Assembly (NCBI GenBank): GCA_950097015.1
Contig: CATNEN010000029.1
Coordinates: 6,758,001 to 6,822,000, forward strand
Direction of reading: 5' to 3'
DNA length: 64,000 nt
DNA from: Macrostomum hystrix
Taxonomy: Eukaryota; Animalia; Platyhelminthes
The first letter of the stretch is position 1, and every line of letters begins with the position of its first letter. The notes beneath the pieces are model-generated. The model ran no database searches. It was not told the origin of the DNA and worked only from the letters and a program-made list of their open reading frames with translations. This document shows positions 44,052 through 56,906 of this stretch, piece by piece. The translations under genes were made by a program, and so were the position numbers.

Positions 44052-47050
44052 TTTGGGTTTGGGATTTCACAGAATGATTCTGTTGGGATTGGGACTTCAT
44101 CGAATGATTCTGTTGGCATTGGGATTTCCCTGAATGATTCTGTTGGGATTGGGACTTCATCGAATGATTCTGTTGGCATTGGGATTTCCCTGAATGATTC
44201 TGTTGGCATTGGGATTTCCCTGAATGATTCTGTTGGGATTGGGATTTCCCTGAATGATTCTGTTGGCATTGGGATTTCCCTGAATGATTCTGTTGGAATT
44301 GGGATTTCCCTGAATGATTCTGTTGGCATTGGGATTTCCCTGAATGATTCTGTTGGCATTGGGATTTCCCTGAATGATTCTGTTGGCATTGGGATTTCCC
44401 TGAATGATTCTGTTGGGATTGGGATTTCACAGAATGATTCTGTTGGGATTGGGATTTCCCTGAATGATTCTTTTGGGATTGGGACTTTGCTGAATTATTA
44501 TGTTGGCATTGGGATTTCCCTGAATGATTCTGTTGGCATTGGGATTTCCCTGAATGATTCTATTGGGATTGGGATTTCACAGAATGATTCTGTTGGGATT
44601 GGGATTTCCCTGAATGATTCTTTTGGGATTGGGACTTTGCTGAATTATTATGTTGGCATTGGGATTTCCCTGAATGATTCTGTTGGCATTGGGATTTCCC
44701 TGAATGATTCTATTGGGATTGGGATTTCACAGAATGATTCTGTTGGGATTGGGATTTCCCTGAATGATTCTTTTGGGATTGGGACTTTGCTGAATTATTA
44801 TGTTGGCATTGGGATTTCCCTGAATGATTCTGTTGGCATTGGGATTTCCCTGAATGATTCTGTTGGCATTGGGATTTCCCTGAATGATTCTGTTGGGATT
44901 GGGATTTCACAGAATGATTCTGTTGGCATTGGGACTTCATCGAATGATTCTGTTGGCATTGGGATTTCCCAGAATGATTCTGTTGGCATTGGGATTTCCC
45001 TGAATGATTCTTTCGGGATTGGGAATTTGCTGAATGATTCTTTTGGGATTGGGACTCTGCTGAATGATTCTAATGGGATTGGGAATTTGCTGAATGATTC
45101 TTTTGGGATTGGGACTCTGCTGAATGATTCTAATGGGATTGGGACTTTGCTGAATGATTATTTTGTGATTGGGACTCTGCTGAATGATTCTTTTGGGATT
45201 GGGAATTTGCTGAATGATTCTTTTGGGATTGGGACTTTGCTGAATGATTCTTTTGGGATTGGGACTTTGCTGAATGATTATTTTGTGATTGGGACTCTGC
45301 TGAATGATTCTTTTGGGATTGGGACTTTGCTGAATGATTCTTTTGGGATTGGGACTTTGCTGAATGATTATTTTGTGATTGGGACTCTGCTGAATGATTC
45401 TTTTGGGATTGGGACTTTGCTGAATGATTCTTTTGGGATTGGGACTCTGCTGAATGATTCTTTTGGGATTGGGACTTTGCTGAATGATTATTTTGTGATT
45501 GGGACTCTGCTGAATGATTCTTTTGGGATTGGGACTTTGCTGAATGATTCTTTTGGGATTGGGACTCTGCTGAATGATTCTTTTGGGATTGGGACTTTGC
45601 TGAATGATTATTTTGTGATTGGGACTCTGCTGAATGATTCTTTTGGGATTGGGACTTTGCTGAATGATTCTTTTGGGATTGGGACTCTGCTGAATGATTC
45701 TTTTGGGATTGGGACTTTGCTGAATGATTATTTTGGGATTGGGACTTTGCTGAATGATTATTTTGTGATTGGGACTCTGCTGAATGATTCTTTTGGGATT
45801 GGGAATTTGCTGAATGATTCTTTTGGGATTGGGACTTTGCTGAATGATTCTTTTGGGATTGGGACTCTGCTGAATGATTCTTTTGGGATTGGGAATTTGC
45901 TGAATGATTCTTTTGGGATTGGGACTTTGCTGAATGATTCTTTTGGGATTGGGACTCTGCTGAATGATTCTTTTGGGATTGGGAATTTGCTGAATGATTC
46001 TTTTGGGATTGGGACTCTGCTGAATGATTCTTTTGTGATTGGGACTCTGCTGAATGATTCTTTTGTGATTGGGACTCTGCTGAATGATTCTTTTGTGATT
46101 GGGACTCTGCTGAATGATTCTTTTGGGATTGGGACTCTGCTGAATGATTCTTTTGGGATTGGGACTTTGTTGAATGATTCTTTTGGGATTGGGACTTTGG
46201 TGAATGATTCTTTTGTGATTGGGACTTCGCTGAATGATTCTTTTTGGATTGGAACTTCGCTGAATGATTCTGTTGCCATTGGAACTTCGCTAAGTGATTA
46301 TGTTGGGATTCGGATTTCACAGAATGATTCTGTTGGGATTGGGATTTCACAGACTGATTATGGTGGGAATAGAATCATTCACAGAATGATTCTGTTGGGA
46401 TTGGGACTTCACTGAGTAATTCTGTTGGGATTGGGACTTCACTGAGTAATTCTGTTGGGATTGGAACTTCACTGGGTGATTCTGTTGGGATTGGAACTTC
46501 ACTGGGTGATTCTGTTGGGATTGGAACTTCACTGGGTGATTCTGTTGGGATTGGAACTTCACTGAGTAATTCTGTTGGGATTGGGATTTCAGAGATTGAT
46601 TCTGTTGGGATTGGGAATTTGCTGAATGATTCTGTTGGGATTGGGACTTCACTGAGTAATTCTGTTGGGATTGGGACTTCACTGAGTAATTCTGTTAGGA
46701 TTGGGATTTCAGAGAATGATTCTGTTGGGATTGGAACTTCACTGGGTGATTCTGTTGGGATTGGAACTTCACTGAGTAATTCTGTTGGGATTGGGATTTC
46801 AGAGATTGATTCTGTTGGGATTGGGACTTTGCTGAATGATTATGTTGGGATTGGAACTTCACTGAGTGATTATGTTGGGATTGGGATTTCACAGAATGAT
46901 TCTGTTGGGATTGGGATTTCACTGAGTGATTCTGTTGGGATATTGGGACTTTACCGAATAATTATTTTGGGATTGTGACATCGCTGAATGATTCTGTTAG
47001 GATTGGGACTTTTCTGAATAAGGATTTCGGAATGGGGATTTTAGAAACGG
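44052..47050. repeat. 30-bp satellite, ~100 units (tgaatgattctgttggcattgggatttccc and variants)
   Basis: Direct inspection; source of the 816-aa and 406-aa pseudo-ORFs. Confidence 0.97.
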
Positions 47051-47226
47051 GACTTTGTGAAATACTGTTTCGGGACCGTTAGGAATCGTGTATATTCTCT
47101 TTTGTATAAAGAGAATAATTATCTTGAGTCAGTATTTTCGCTGATCAGAAGCAAATCTAAACCTTAAGTCTAGAATTTGCAGCCATCTAAATTACTAAGA
47201 CCAGACCGTTGTTAACAACAATTGGA

Positions 47227-47815
47227 TCAATCTACTCTGCGGCGAAACCGCTTGCCGCCAACGGCGAGACTCAGCGCCACGGCGCCAGTCCAGGCGGTCA
47301 GGCCGGCGCTAGCTCCGGCAACGCAGCCAACGCAGCCGGGAATCGGCCAGCGCTGCCACCACCTGTCCCAGTCTAGAGGCACAACAATAGCCGAACAATA
47401 GGCGCCCAGGATGGCCAGGTCGGCTGTGTAGGAGGCCGCGCTTTTTGGAAACGCCAAGAAGTTGGCAAAGGAGAGCGCGTTCAGCTCGTCGTAGGGCGTC
47501 ACGTACAGGTAGGGTAGGACAGACAGACTGGCCAGTAGCAGGCTGAAGACAAAGGTGCCGCCTACGTCGCTGCAAATTAAGCGTTGCGCAACAATATTTA
47601 TTATTAGCAGGCCTCGTCGCAGGCGGTGAGTCCAATGTCACAAAATTGATAAAACTGAATGTCACTAATGAATGGCATGATATTAGTAAACAGGAAATCA
47701 CAAATCACAGATTAAAAACTTACCTAAAAAATGGAGCACCAAACATCACCGCTAAGAAGTGAAAGTAGAAAACAGACGCCACAAACCAGTACACCCTGTA
47801 GGAGAATTTGCCCAT
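47227..47815 (-). CDS. PIGF: GPI ethanolamine-phosphate transferase stabilising subunit PIG-F. Exons 47815-47724, 47569-47227
   Basis: MFGAPFF|S...TF.FSLLLASLSVLP and GAY.SAIVVPLDWDR.WQRWPI signature; phase-2 GT-AG intron gives one open frame. Confidence 0.9.
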
Positions 47816-47907
47816 GCTTTTCTGAGCAAATCTTTGCCTAGCTGCAAAATTATTGGCATTGGCTGCATAACTTGACTCTCATTTTTTCAAACTTTATACT
47901 GAGACTC

Positions 47908-48625
47908 AGTTCTAGTCACAGCTGAGATTCTATTCTAGTCACAGCTGAGATTCTATTCTAGTCACAGCTGAGATTCTATTCTAGTCACAGCTGAGATTCT
48001 ATTCTAGTCACAGCTGAGATTCTATTCTAGTCACAGCTGAGATTCTATTCTAGTCACAGCTGAGATTCTATTCTAGTCACAGCTGAGATTCTATTCTAGT
48101 CACAGCTGAGATTCTATTCTAGTCACAGCTGAGACTGTTCTAGTCACAGATGAGATTCTATTCTAGTCACAGTGAGATTATATTCTATTCACAGCTGAGA
48201 TTCTAGGCACAGCTGAGATTATATTCTAGTCACAGCTGAGATTATATTCTAGTCACAGCTGAGATTCTATTCTAGTCACAGCTGAGATTCTATTCTAGTC
48301 ACAGCTGAGATTCTATTCTAGTCACAGCTGAGATTCTATTCTAGTCACAGCTGAGATTCTATTCTAGTCACAGCTGAGATTATATTCTAGTCACAGCTGA
48401 GATTCTATTCTAGTCACAGCTGAGATTCTATTCTAGTCACAGCTGAGATTCTAGGCACAGCTGAGATTCTATTCTAGTCACAGTGAGATTATATTCTATT
48501 CACAGCTGAGATTCTATTCTAGTCACAGCTGAGATTCTATTCTAGTCACAGCTGAGATTCTAGGCACAGCTGAGATTCTATTCTAGTCACAGTGAGATTA
48601 TATTCTATTCACAGCTGAGATCCTA
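47908..48625. repeat. 23-bp minisatellite, ~31 units (acagctgagattctattctagtc), between RPB6 and PIGF
   Basis: Direct inspection. Confidence 0.95.
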
Positions 48626-49099
48626 TTTCAAAGTTTAAATATTATATCCAAGGAACGCGAGATGCATAAAAAATAATGAAAGCCTAAGTACATGATTGTA
48701 TTGTGCGATAAAGAAGTATGCAACATTTATTTCCCTAGTTTTTCAGCAAAATTAGAATAAAAACACACTTGTCTACAGTCTATTATCGTTATTATTTACT
48801 CGTATCTGTATTAACCACTATTTTAAACGTAAACACAAGACACAAAACAGTTTAGTTATTGCCAATTTTAACGGACCATTAAACCGGCTTAAAAACAGTC
48901 AGTTTTATAAGTACTTTCAGTAGTATTACTAGAATTAGTGATTGTGAGCAAACAAAGGACGCCCTAGCCTAAAAAGCTGTTTAGCTTTAACTGTTTTGGG
49001 CTGTTTGGGCTGTTAATTGTAACTGTTTACAATTTCGCCTTCAATTAGGAATTACACTACTAAATACAGCCAGTAACGTTTATTATCGAGTCTCAAAGT

Positions 49100-49524
49100 T
49101 TAAGTGCCTTCAACAATGAGATCCTGCACTTTCCAGTTCTCGTAGCTGCCATCCGGCAAATATCGCCGAATTATAAATGGTATCTTTCTAGCCTTGAGCT
49201 CCTTCTCGGCAATCTTCAAAGGGTCGGTCTCGCCTTCGAGTTCCACCATGACTGGGGCGCACAGAGAGATCTGCTGCGCCCTGGCGCCCAGAACGCGAGC
49301 CCGCTCGTACTTTGTCATGTACATGGACGTCACCCGCTCAGTGCGGCGCTACGGGACCGCCTGCCTCCAGCCACCGCTGAGCCGGACGTTAAAATTTCAA
49401 CATTGCCGGTGCCGCCCCCGCCTCCTAGATCGTCGTCGTCCCCGATGTCGCCGCCGCCAACGCTGCCGCCGTCATTGTCGCGATGCGGCTCATCCAAAGC
49501 ATCATTGTCTTCGTCATCACTCAT
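49100..49524 (-). CDS. POLR2F: RNA polymerase I/II/III shared subunit RPB6, single exon, frameshifted at ~49340-49380
   Basis: [58 protein letters not shown] is diagnostic. The acidic N-terminus MSDDEDN...NVEIL lies in a different frame. AATAAA ~16 nt after the stop. Confidence 0.95.
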
Positions 49525-52500
49525 GACACTACCGCTGGAAGCATTGCGGCAATGAGAAGTGTGTATCATTGAAAGTTGATTAATTCTTACTTGAAAGAAT
49601 TCTCAAAATGATCGTTTTTTTAAAGGAAGCCCGAAAATAGCAAAAAAGCCCTTGCCTGAAAATATTGCTTATTGTGGCAGGATAGGAACATTAAAAAGCA
49701 ATTCCTTTATTAAATTGCATTTTTAGCATTTTGAAAATGTATTAAACTAACTTTTATTCCCCGTGCATAAAAGAAGGACAGGTTTAATACAGAAAAGCAA
49801 CTTGCCAGTGCAGCAAAAAGCCTTAGTTCAATACTACAGTTGTGCTAAAATAGTAAATTGATCATGGAAATGTGTTCATGTTAGTTCTTTTCTCTGTTAG
49901 AGATTGAGGTTGTGACCCTCCAGTCCTGGAGAGCCCTGAAGACTGGGATTGAGAAATCTGTAAAGCCTTATAAGAAGACTGCTCGTGCCCATATGAGACG
50001 CTACCATTAGAGTGTTGAGCCCACAGGGATAAGATTTGTGGAGCATTAAAAAGCGAAAAACGGCCCTTTTCATTGTCACTATTTAGAAGAATATGGAAAT
50101 GAAACAGAATTGATACAGAAAGAAAGATAAGGGCTTATCACGAGTAATAAGCCCTGTTACATTATCCACATACAATTACATTATCTGCATTTGATTCACA
50201 TATTTATGCAGCTTGCCCCAATAAAACAACTAATTCTAAATATATTTTTATTTTGCTGATGCCTTGTCAATTATTTCTAAAATTAGGATAACTAGCTAAG
50301 TTTTTGACCAAGCTTATCAACACAGCACATTGTGCCTTACAAACTCCTTAAAAGCTCACAAAAGCCACCCCATAAAAATAGAAAACTTTTTACAATAGGA
50401 AAGGAGTGAACATTTTAAATATTTTTTTGATTCAATAAAAATCAACTAACAGAAATGTGATGCTGGAAAGAAATTGTTTCTAAGAGAGTTATATTATATA
50501 AGGTGGAGATATTGATAAGTCCCTGCTTTTTAAACAGAAGTATCAGCAAGGTGCCTATCAAAATGGCAGCTCATTGGCATTTTAAATGATAGAACACAGA
50601 TTATTGTTACTGAAAAGACATTGAATTAGTTAGTATGCTTGTAAACAGACAGGGGAAATATAAATAATCAAAGCAATGAAGTAAATAACAAAGAAAACTA
50701 CTAGGCTACTGATTAATGAGAAGGTCTATTTTAAACTCCAGTTTAAAAAATTTAAAGTTTGCACAAAGCAATTAGACATACAACAATTAAACAACTATCG
50801 CTGGCATTTGTTTGACATGCACCCTCTTAAAAATCATAGAGATAAAAGTGTCTACAAGTCTTGGTCACTGTCATTCCCCCTCTTAGAACTGGATACTGTC
50901 ATCCAGATGATAAACTCTCCAGGATCCTCACTACCTAGCCTCTCCTCAGTGAACTTGTAGGCCTAGCCATAAGACCCAACATCCAGACAAAGCTGATAGA
51001 GGGTACATGGGTCCATATAAGCACAAACTGCAAAACAAGTGCACCATGCAGCTACAACATTTTGGAATTCAATTAGGCCTATTTGCTGGTGCAAGATATT
51101 CCCAGGCCCTTATTTTCAGCATTTCAACATTGCATTGCTGAGCAGTACTAATGGTCATTCTAGGCCTATTTCTTTTCTAGTTCTAACATTTCAATATCTC
51201 CTTTTTATCTTCATTACATCAGGTTTTGTTTTTCCCAAAAATTTGAGTTCAATGAGTATAGGCCTAAATGGAACAATACTTCAGTTGGCATTTTTACTAT
51301 CCATGAGACCATGGTCCATGACCATAACATTAGCTAGGCAAGCCAGCTACCAATGCTACACCTGCTCAATGAAAAGGAGAAATATTAAAGTCTGTAGCAA
51401 GCAAGGAATAGTCAGCGTGTAAATTTAAAAAACATTAAAATGATATTTTTGAGATAACTTCCTAGATTTCAGATAGATATGAGCAACACAAAAAATTAAT
51501 AGGTTTACTCCAATACCTAAAACATATCTTATGTAAAATCCTCAAAAACAACTTTCAAGGTGTTTACCTTGATAGCTTTAGATCATAAGAAGTCAATGCA
51601 ATCTAGCAGAAAATGTATTTATCAGATGAAACGTGAAGTCCGCTGGCATGAACTACGAAATATTCGTACATATAGCTTCGTACATACATTCGCCATAGGA
51701 AATGTACTTATTTTTTAAAAGCAGAAATGTAAGCACGTAGCCGAAAAATTACTCTAGGTATAATGAATATCACAAAATTTGTTATATATTAAGAAAATAT
51801 TTAAACGACAACATCGTGCACGATTCCCCCAGTTTAGCTGTCGAATTAAGTAGTAGGGCCTACCATTCTTGTTTTCTTTATTGTGAATTAACTTTTGATC
51901 TACGTGCCCGTTTACCTAGACTAAGGAGTAAACTAAAATTTTGAAAGAGTTTTTATTATTGCTTTAATATGAATTCAAACTTAGCACCCACTCTGAATAT
52001 AAATTTGTAGCTTTTAGAGCTGTTCCTACTCTAAGGAATCTAGACCATATTGCTTGTTGAGCAAGTTTTTATTTTCAGTAGGTTAGCTAGTTTCTGCTCG
52101 TCATTAACCAGTTCAAATATTAATATTTGTATTAATAAGTATTTGTATACATTTCAATGCACATTGTTTAATGCATGTACAGGTAACTCAAGTCCACAAA
52201 ACACCTGTAATAAAAAGCAACAGAGTCTAGCCTAGCTACAGACTGAGAGTAAGATCCAGAGTGGCAGAGCCTGCAAGCCAGAGAGCAAAGTGGCAGTCTG
52301 AGTGATACTGTGGGCCTAACCATGGCAGTCTCCCTCTTAGTAGATAGGATCTACTAAGCAGTAAGTAAGCATGTTGTGGCCTTATGCCTATAGTATGGGC
52401 ATGTAGGGCATTATACAATCAAAATATGGCTCTTGCAAGGTGCCCAGTAACAGCAAGTATGCCTGCATTGGTCAAGTGCTATGGAAGCTAGATGCTGAGG

Positions 52501-52796
52501 ACATTGTGCTAGAGATGGCAATGGCAGGCTTACTCAGAAACAGCAATATCTCCCAATTGAATCGAAAAAAATATTTTTACTTTACTGTACACTTAAAAGA
52601 AACTGTTTGCTAGCTAGGCCCATACAGTTAACTAAGCTGCTAGGCATTGATTTTATCATATTAAGATATTAGTGATTAGATAATGCTTAGCTAATAAGTA
52701 GTTAGCAAATTTGTGTGGCTGAGCTTATCCCAAAGAAAATAATTGTTTAATTCAACATTTTTTTCAGCTTTAAATCGTTTTTTTCTATTTATCAAA

Positions 52797-55700
52797 ATGC
52801 GAAATGTGGAAATCAAAGCCAAGATTAGCAACTTTGACAGCTTTTTAGCAAATGCAACTACTATCGCTGACACTAATCCACCACCAGTTGTGATTAACAT
52901 GGTTGATACATTTTACAAGTATGTGAATTGTAATTTGTTCCAAGATTTTTATCTTGTATTCAGATATATTTCGATTAGCTATCCATAACTACATAATCCC
53001 CAAGTTTCTAAGCATCATCCTCCCTGATCCCTAGTTTCAAAGCACCATTCTCCTTGATCCCCAGTATCTAAACATCATCCTCCCAGATCCCTAGTTTCAA
53101 AGCACCATTCTCCTTGATCCCCAGTATCTAAGCATCATCCTCCCAGATCCCTAGTTTCAAAGCACCATTCTCCTTGATCTCCAGTATCTAAGCATCATCC
53201 TCCCAGATCCCTAGTTTCAAAGCACCATTCTCCTTGATCCCCAGTATCTAAGCATCATCCTCCCAGATCCCCAGTTTCAAAGCACCATTCTCCTTGATCC
53301 CCAGTATCTAAACATCATCCTCCCAGATCCCTAGTTTCAAAGCACCATTCTCCTTGATCCCCAGTATCTAAGCATCATCCTCCCAGATCCCCAGTTTCAA
53401 AGCACCATTCTCCTTGATCTCCAGTATCTAAGCATCATCCTCCCAGATCCCTAGTTTCAAAGCACCATTCTCCTTGATCCCCAGTATCTAAGCATCATCC
53501 TCCCAGATCCCCAGTTTCTAAACACCATTCTCCTTGATCTCCAGTATCTAAGCATCATCCTCCCAGATACCCAAGTTTCTAAGCATCATCCTCCCTGATC
53601 CCTAGTTTCAAAGCACCATTCTCCTTGATCCCCAGTATCTAAGCATCATCCTCCCAGATCCCCAGTTTCAAAGCACCATTCTCCTTGATCCCCAGTATCT
53701 AAGCATCATCCTCCCAGATCTCTAGTTTCAAAGCATCATCCTCCCAGATCCCCAGTTTCTAAGCATCATCCTCCCAGATACCCAAGTTTCTAAGCATCAT
53801 CCTCCCTGATCCCTAGTTTCAAAGCACCATTCTCCTTGATCCCCAGTATCTAAGCATCATCCTCCCAGATCCCCAGTTTCAAAGCACCATTCTCCTTGAT
53901 CCCCAGTATCTAAGCATCATCCTCCCAGATCTCTAGTTTCTAAACACCATTCTCCTTGATCCCCAGTATCTAAGCATCATCCTCCCAGATCCCCAGTTTC
54001 TAAGCATCATCCTCCCAGATCCCTAGTTTCAAAGCACCATTCTCCTTGATCCCCAGTATCTAAGCATCATCCTCCCAGATCCCCAGTTTCTAAACACCAT
54101 TCTCCTTGATCTCCAGTATCTAAGCATCATCCTCCCAGATCTCTAGTTTCTAAACACCATTCTCCTTGATCTCCAGTATCTAAGCATCATCCTCCCAGAT
54201 ACCCAGTTTCTAAACACCATTCTCCTTGATCTCCAGTATCTAAGCATCATCCTCCCAGATACCCAAGTTTCTAAGCATCATCCTCCCTGATCCCTAGTTT
54301 CAAAGCACCATTCTCCTTGATCCCCAGTATCTAAGCATCATCCTCCCAGATCCCCAGTTTCAAAGCACCATTCTCCCAGATCCCCAGTTTCTAAACATCA
54401 TCCTCCCGGATCCCCAGTATCTAAGCATCATCCTCCCAGATCTCTAGTTTCAAAGCATCATCCTCCCAGATCCCCAGTTTCTAAACATCATCCTCCCAGA
54501 TCCCCAGTTTCTAAGCATCATCCTCCCAGATCCCTAGTTTCAAAGCACCATTCTCCTTGATCCCCAGTTTCTAAGCAACATCCTCCCATTGCAGGGTGAG
54601 CTCGGGGCGCCTAAAGCTGCGAGAATATCCTGGTAACGCCGAGCGCAGCAGCGAGCTGGTTCACTATCATCGGGAGGATGTCAAAGGCGCCAAGCTTAGC
54701 CGCTTCAACAAGGTCCCTGGTGCTAGATCCGGCTGGTCTTGGGGGCATTCTCACGGATGCCTTGGGCGTCATTGGTCAGGTATGACATGCACTACGCCTT
54801 ACTAACGCAGGCTGAGTCCCTGATAACACAAAATAATCACTAGACTCTAAAAATGTTTTTAGAATATTATCATTAAAAGCTGTGCCATAAAATCTCATTC
54901 CCAACAGCAGTCTCCTGGAATCTCATCCCCCACAGAGCAGTCTCCTGGAATCTCATTCCCCACAGCAGTCTCCTGGAATCTCATCCCCCACAGAGCAGTC
55001 TCCTGGAATCTCATTCCCCACAGCAGTCTCCTGGAATCTCATCCCACACAGCAGTCTCCTGGAATCTCATCCCACACAGCAGTCTCCTGGAATCTCATCC
55101 CCCGCAGAGCAGTCTCCTGGAATCTCATCCCCCACAGAGCAGTCTCCTGGAATCTCATTCCCCGCAGAGGAGTCTCCTGGAATCTCATTCCCCACAGAGC
55201 AGTCTCCTGGAATCTCATCCCCCACAGAGCAGTCTCCTGGAATCTCATTCCCCACAGCAGTCTCCTGGAATCTCATCCCCCACAGAGCAGTCTCCTGGAA
55301 TCTCATTCCCCACAGCAGTCTCCTGGAATCTCATCCCACACAGCAGTCTCCTGGAATCTCATCCCACACAGCAGTCTCCTGGAATCTCATCCACCGCAGA
55401 GCAGTCTCCTGGAATCTCAACCCCCACAGAGCAGTCTCCTGGAATCTCATCCCACACAGCAGTCTCCTGGAATCTCATCCCCCGCAGAGCAATCTCCTGG
55501 AATCTCATCCCCCACAGAGCAGTCTCCTGGAATCTCATCCCCCGCAGAGGAGTCTCCTGGAATCTCATCCCCCCACATAGCAGTCTCCTGGAATCTTATC
55601 CCCCACAGAGCAGTCTCCTGGAATCTCATTCCCCACAGCAGTCTCCTGGAATCTCATCCCCCACAGAGCAGTCTCCTGGAATCTCATCCCACACAGCAGT

Positions 55701-56755
55701 CTCCTGGAATCTCATTCCCCACAGCAGTCTCCTGGAATCTCATTCCCCACAGAGCAGTCTCCTGGAATCTCATTCCCCACAGCAGTCTCCTGGAATCTCA
55801 TTCCCCACAGCAGTCTCCTGAAATCTCATTCCCCACAGCAGTCTCCTGGAATCTCATTCCCCACAGCAGTCTCCTGGAATCTCATTCCCCACAGCAGTCT
55901 CCTGGAATCTCATTCCCTACAGCAGTCTCCTGGAATCTCATTCCCCACAGCAGTCTCCTGGAATCTCATTACCCACAGAGCAGTCTCCTGGAATCTCATC
56001 CCACAGAGCAGTCTCCTGGAATCTCATCCCACAGAGCAGTCTCCTGGAATCTCATCCCACAGAGCAGTCTCCTGGAATCTCATCCCACAGAGCAGTCTCC
56101 TGGAATCTCATCCCGCAGAGCAGTCTCCTGGAATCTCATCCCACAGAGCAGTCTCCTGGAATCTCATCCCCCGCAGAGCAGTCTCCTGGAATCTCATCCC
56201 ACAGAGCAGTCTCCTGGAATCTCATCCCACAGAGCAGTCTCCTGGAATCTCATCCCCCACAGAGCAATCTCCTGGAATCTCATCCCCCACAGCAGTCTCC
56301 TGGAATCTCATCCCACAGAGCAGTCTCCTGGAATCTCATCCCACAGAGCAGTCTCCTGGAATCTCATCCCACAGAGCAGTCTCCTGGAATCTCATCCCCC
56401 ACAGCAGTCTCCTGGAATCTCATCCCCCACAGCAGTCTCCTGGAATCTCATCCCTCAGAAGGGTCTCTGCAGGCTTGGTCCCAGATTACGAATCTGAACT
56501 CACCCGCAGGTAAAGAAAGAGCGCCACCTTCTTATGTCTGGACAGACCAGAATCCACGTTGATCGAGTCCACGGCCTTGGCGACTTCATGGAGCTGGAAG
56601 TTGTGCTGGCTGATAGTGACAGTCTAGAGGCTGGCCAGGCTATCGCCCAGCGCCTGATGCAGTCTTTAGGCGTTAAGGATGCCGACCTTCTGGCTGGCGC
56701 TTATATGGATATGCTGCTGGACCTGCCGCATGGTGATATCCGAGGTGCTCATTGA
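52797..56755 (+). CDS. Stand-alone CYTH-domain protein (class IV adenylate cyclase CyaB-like), ~183 aa. Exons 52797-52918, 54595-54779, 56510-56755; +1 frameshift near 54720
   Basis: NVEIKAK (ExExK), DTFYK|V, GRLKLRE, ILTDALGVIGQ|VKKERHL, GQTRIHVDRVHGLGDFMELEVVL, GAYMDML. Confidence 0.88.
52997..54590. repeat. 60-bp dimer of two 30-bp subunits filling CYTH intron 1
   Basis: agcaccattctccttgatccccagtatcta + agcatcatcctcccagatccctagtttcaa; the last unit is the real 3' splice site. Confidence 0.95.
54893..56458. repeat. 26-30-bp minisatellite filling CYTH intron 2 (cagagcagtctcctggaatctcatcccc)
   Basis: Direct inspection. Confidence 0.95.
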
Positions 56756-56906
56756 TGTTGCGAATATTGCAATGCTGGCGCGACAGTGGGTACAGAGTTG
56801 ACTGAGATTTGTAACTTTATATGTCGCAACACTTTTCTATTACTGTCTTGCATCCCTTAGATTTAATTAAGATCCTCATTTACCCAATATTACATTTTGT
56901 GGGTCT

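Noticed and set aside
43965-46415. 816-aa ORF (LNDSVGIGIS)n and antisense 406-aa ORF
   Set aside because: Lies wholly in a 30-bp satellite whose unit is a multiple of 3 and stop-free in several frames; no unique domain; frame breaks at ~46380 while the repeat continues.
49600-52700. Possible gene or transposon between RPB6 and CYTH
   Set aside because: Only short unrelated ORFs; no transposase or RT motifs or terminal repeats recognised by eye.
49340-54735. Micro-introns to rescue the RPB6 and CYTH frameshifts
   Set aside because: The only GT..AG candidates are ~14 nt, too short for spliceosomal introns.
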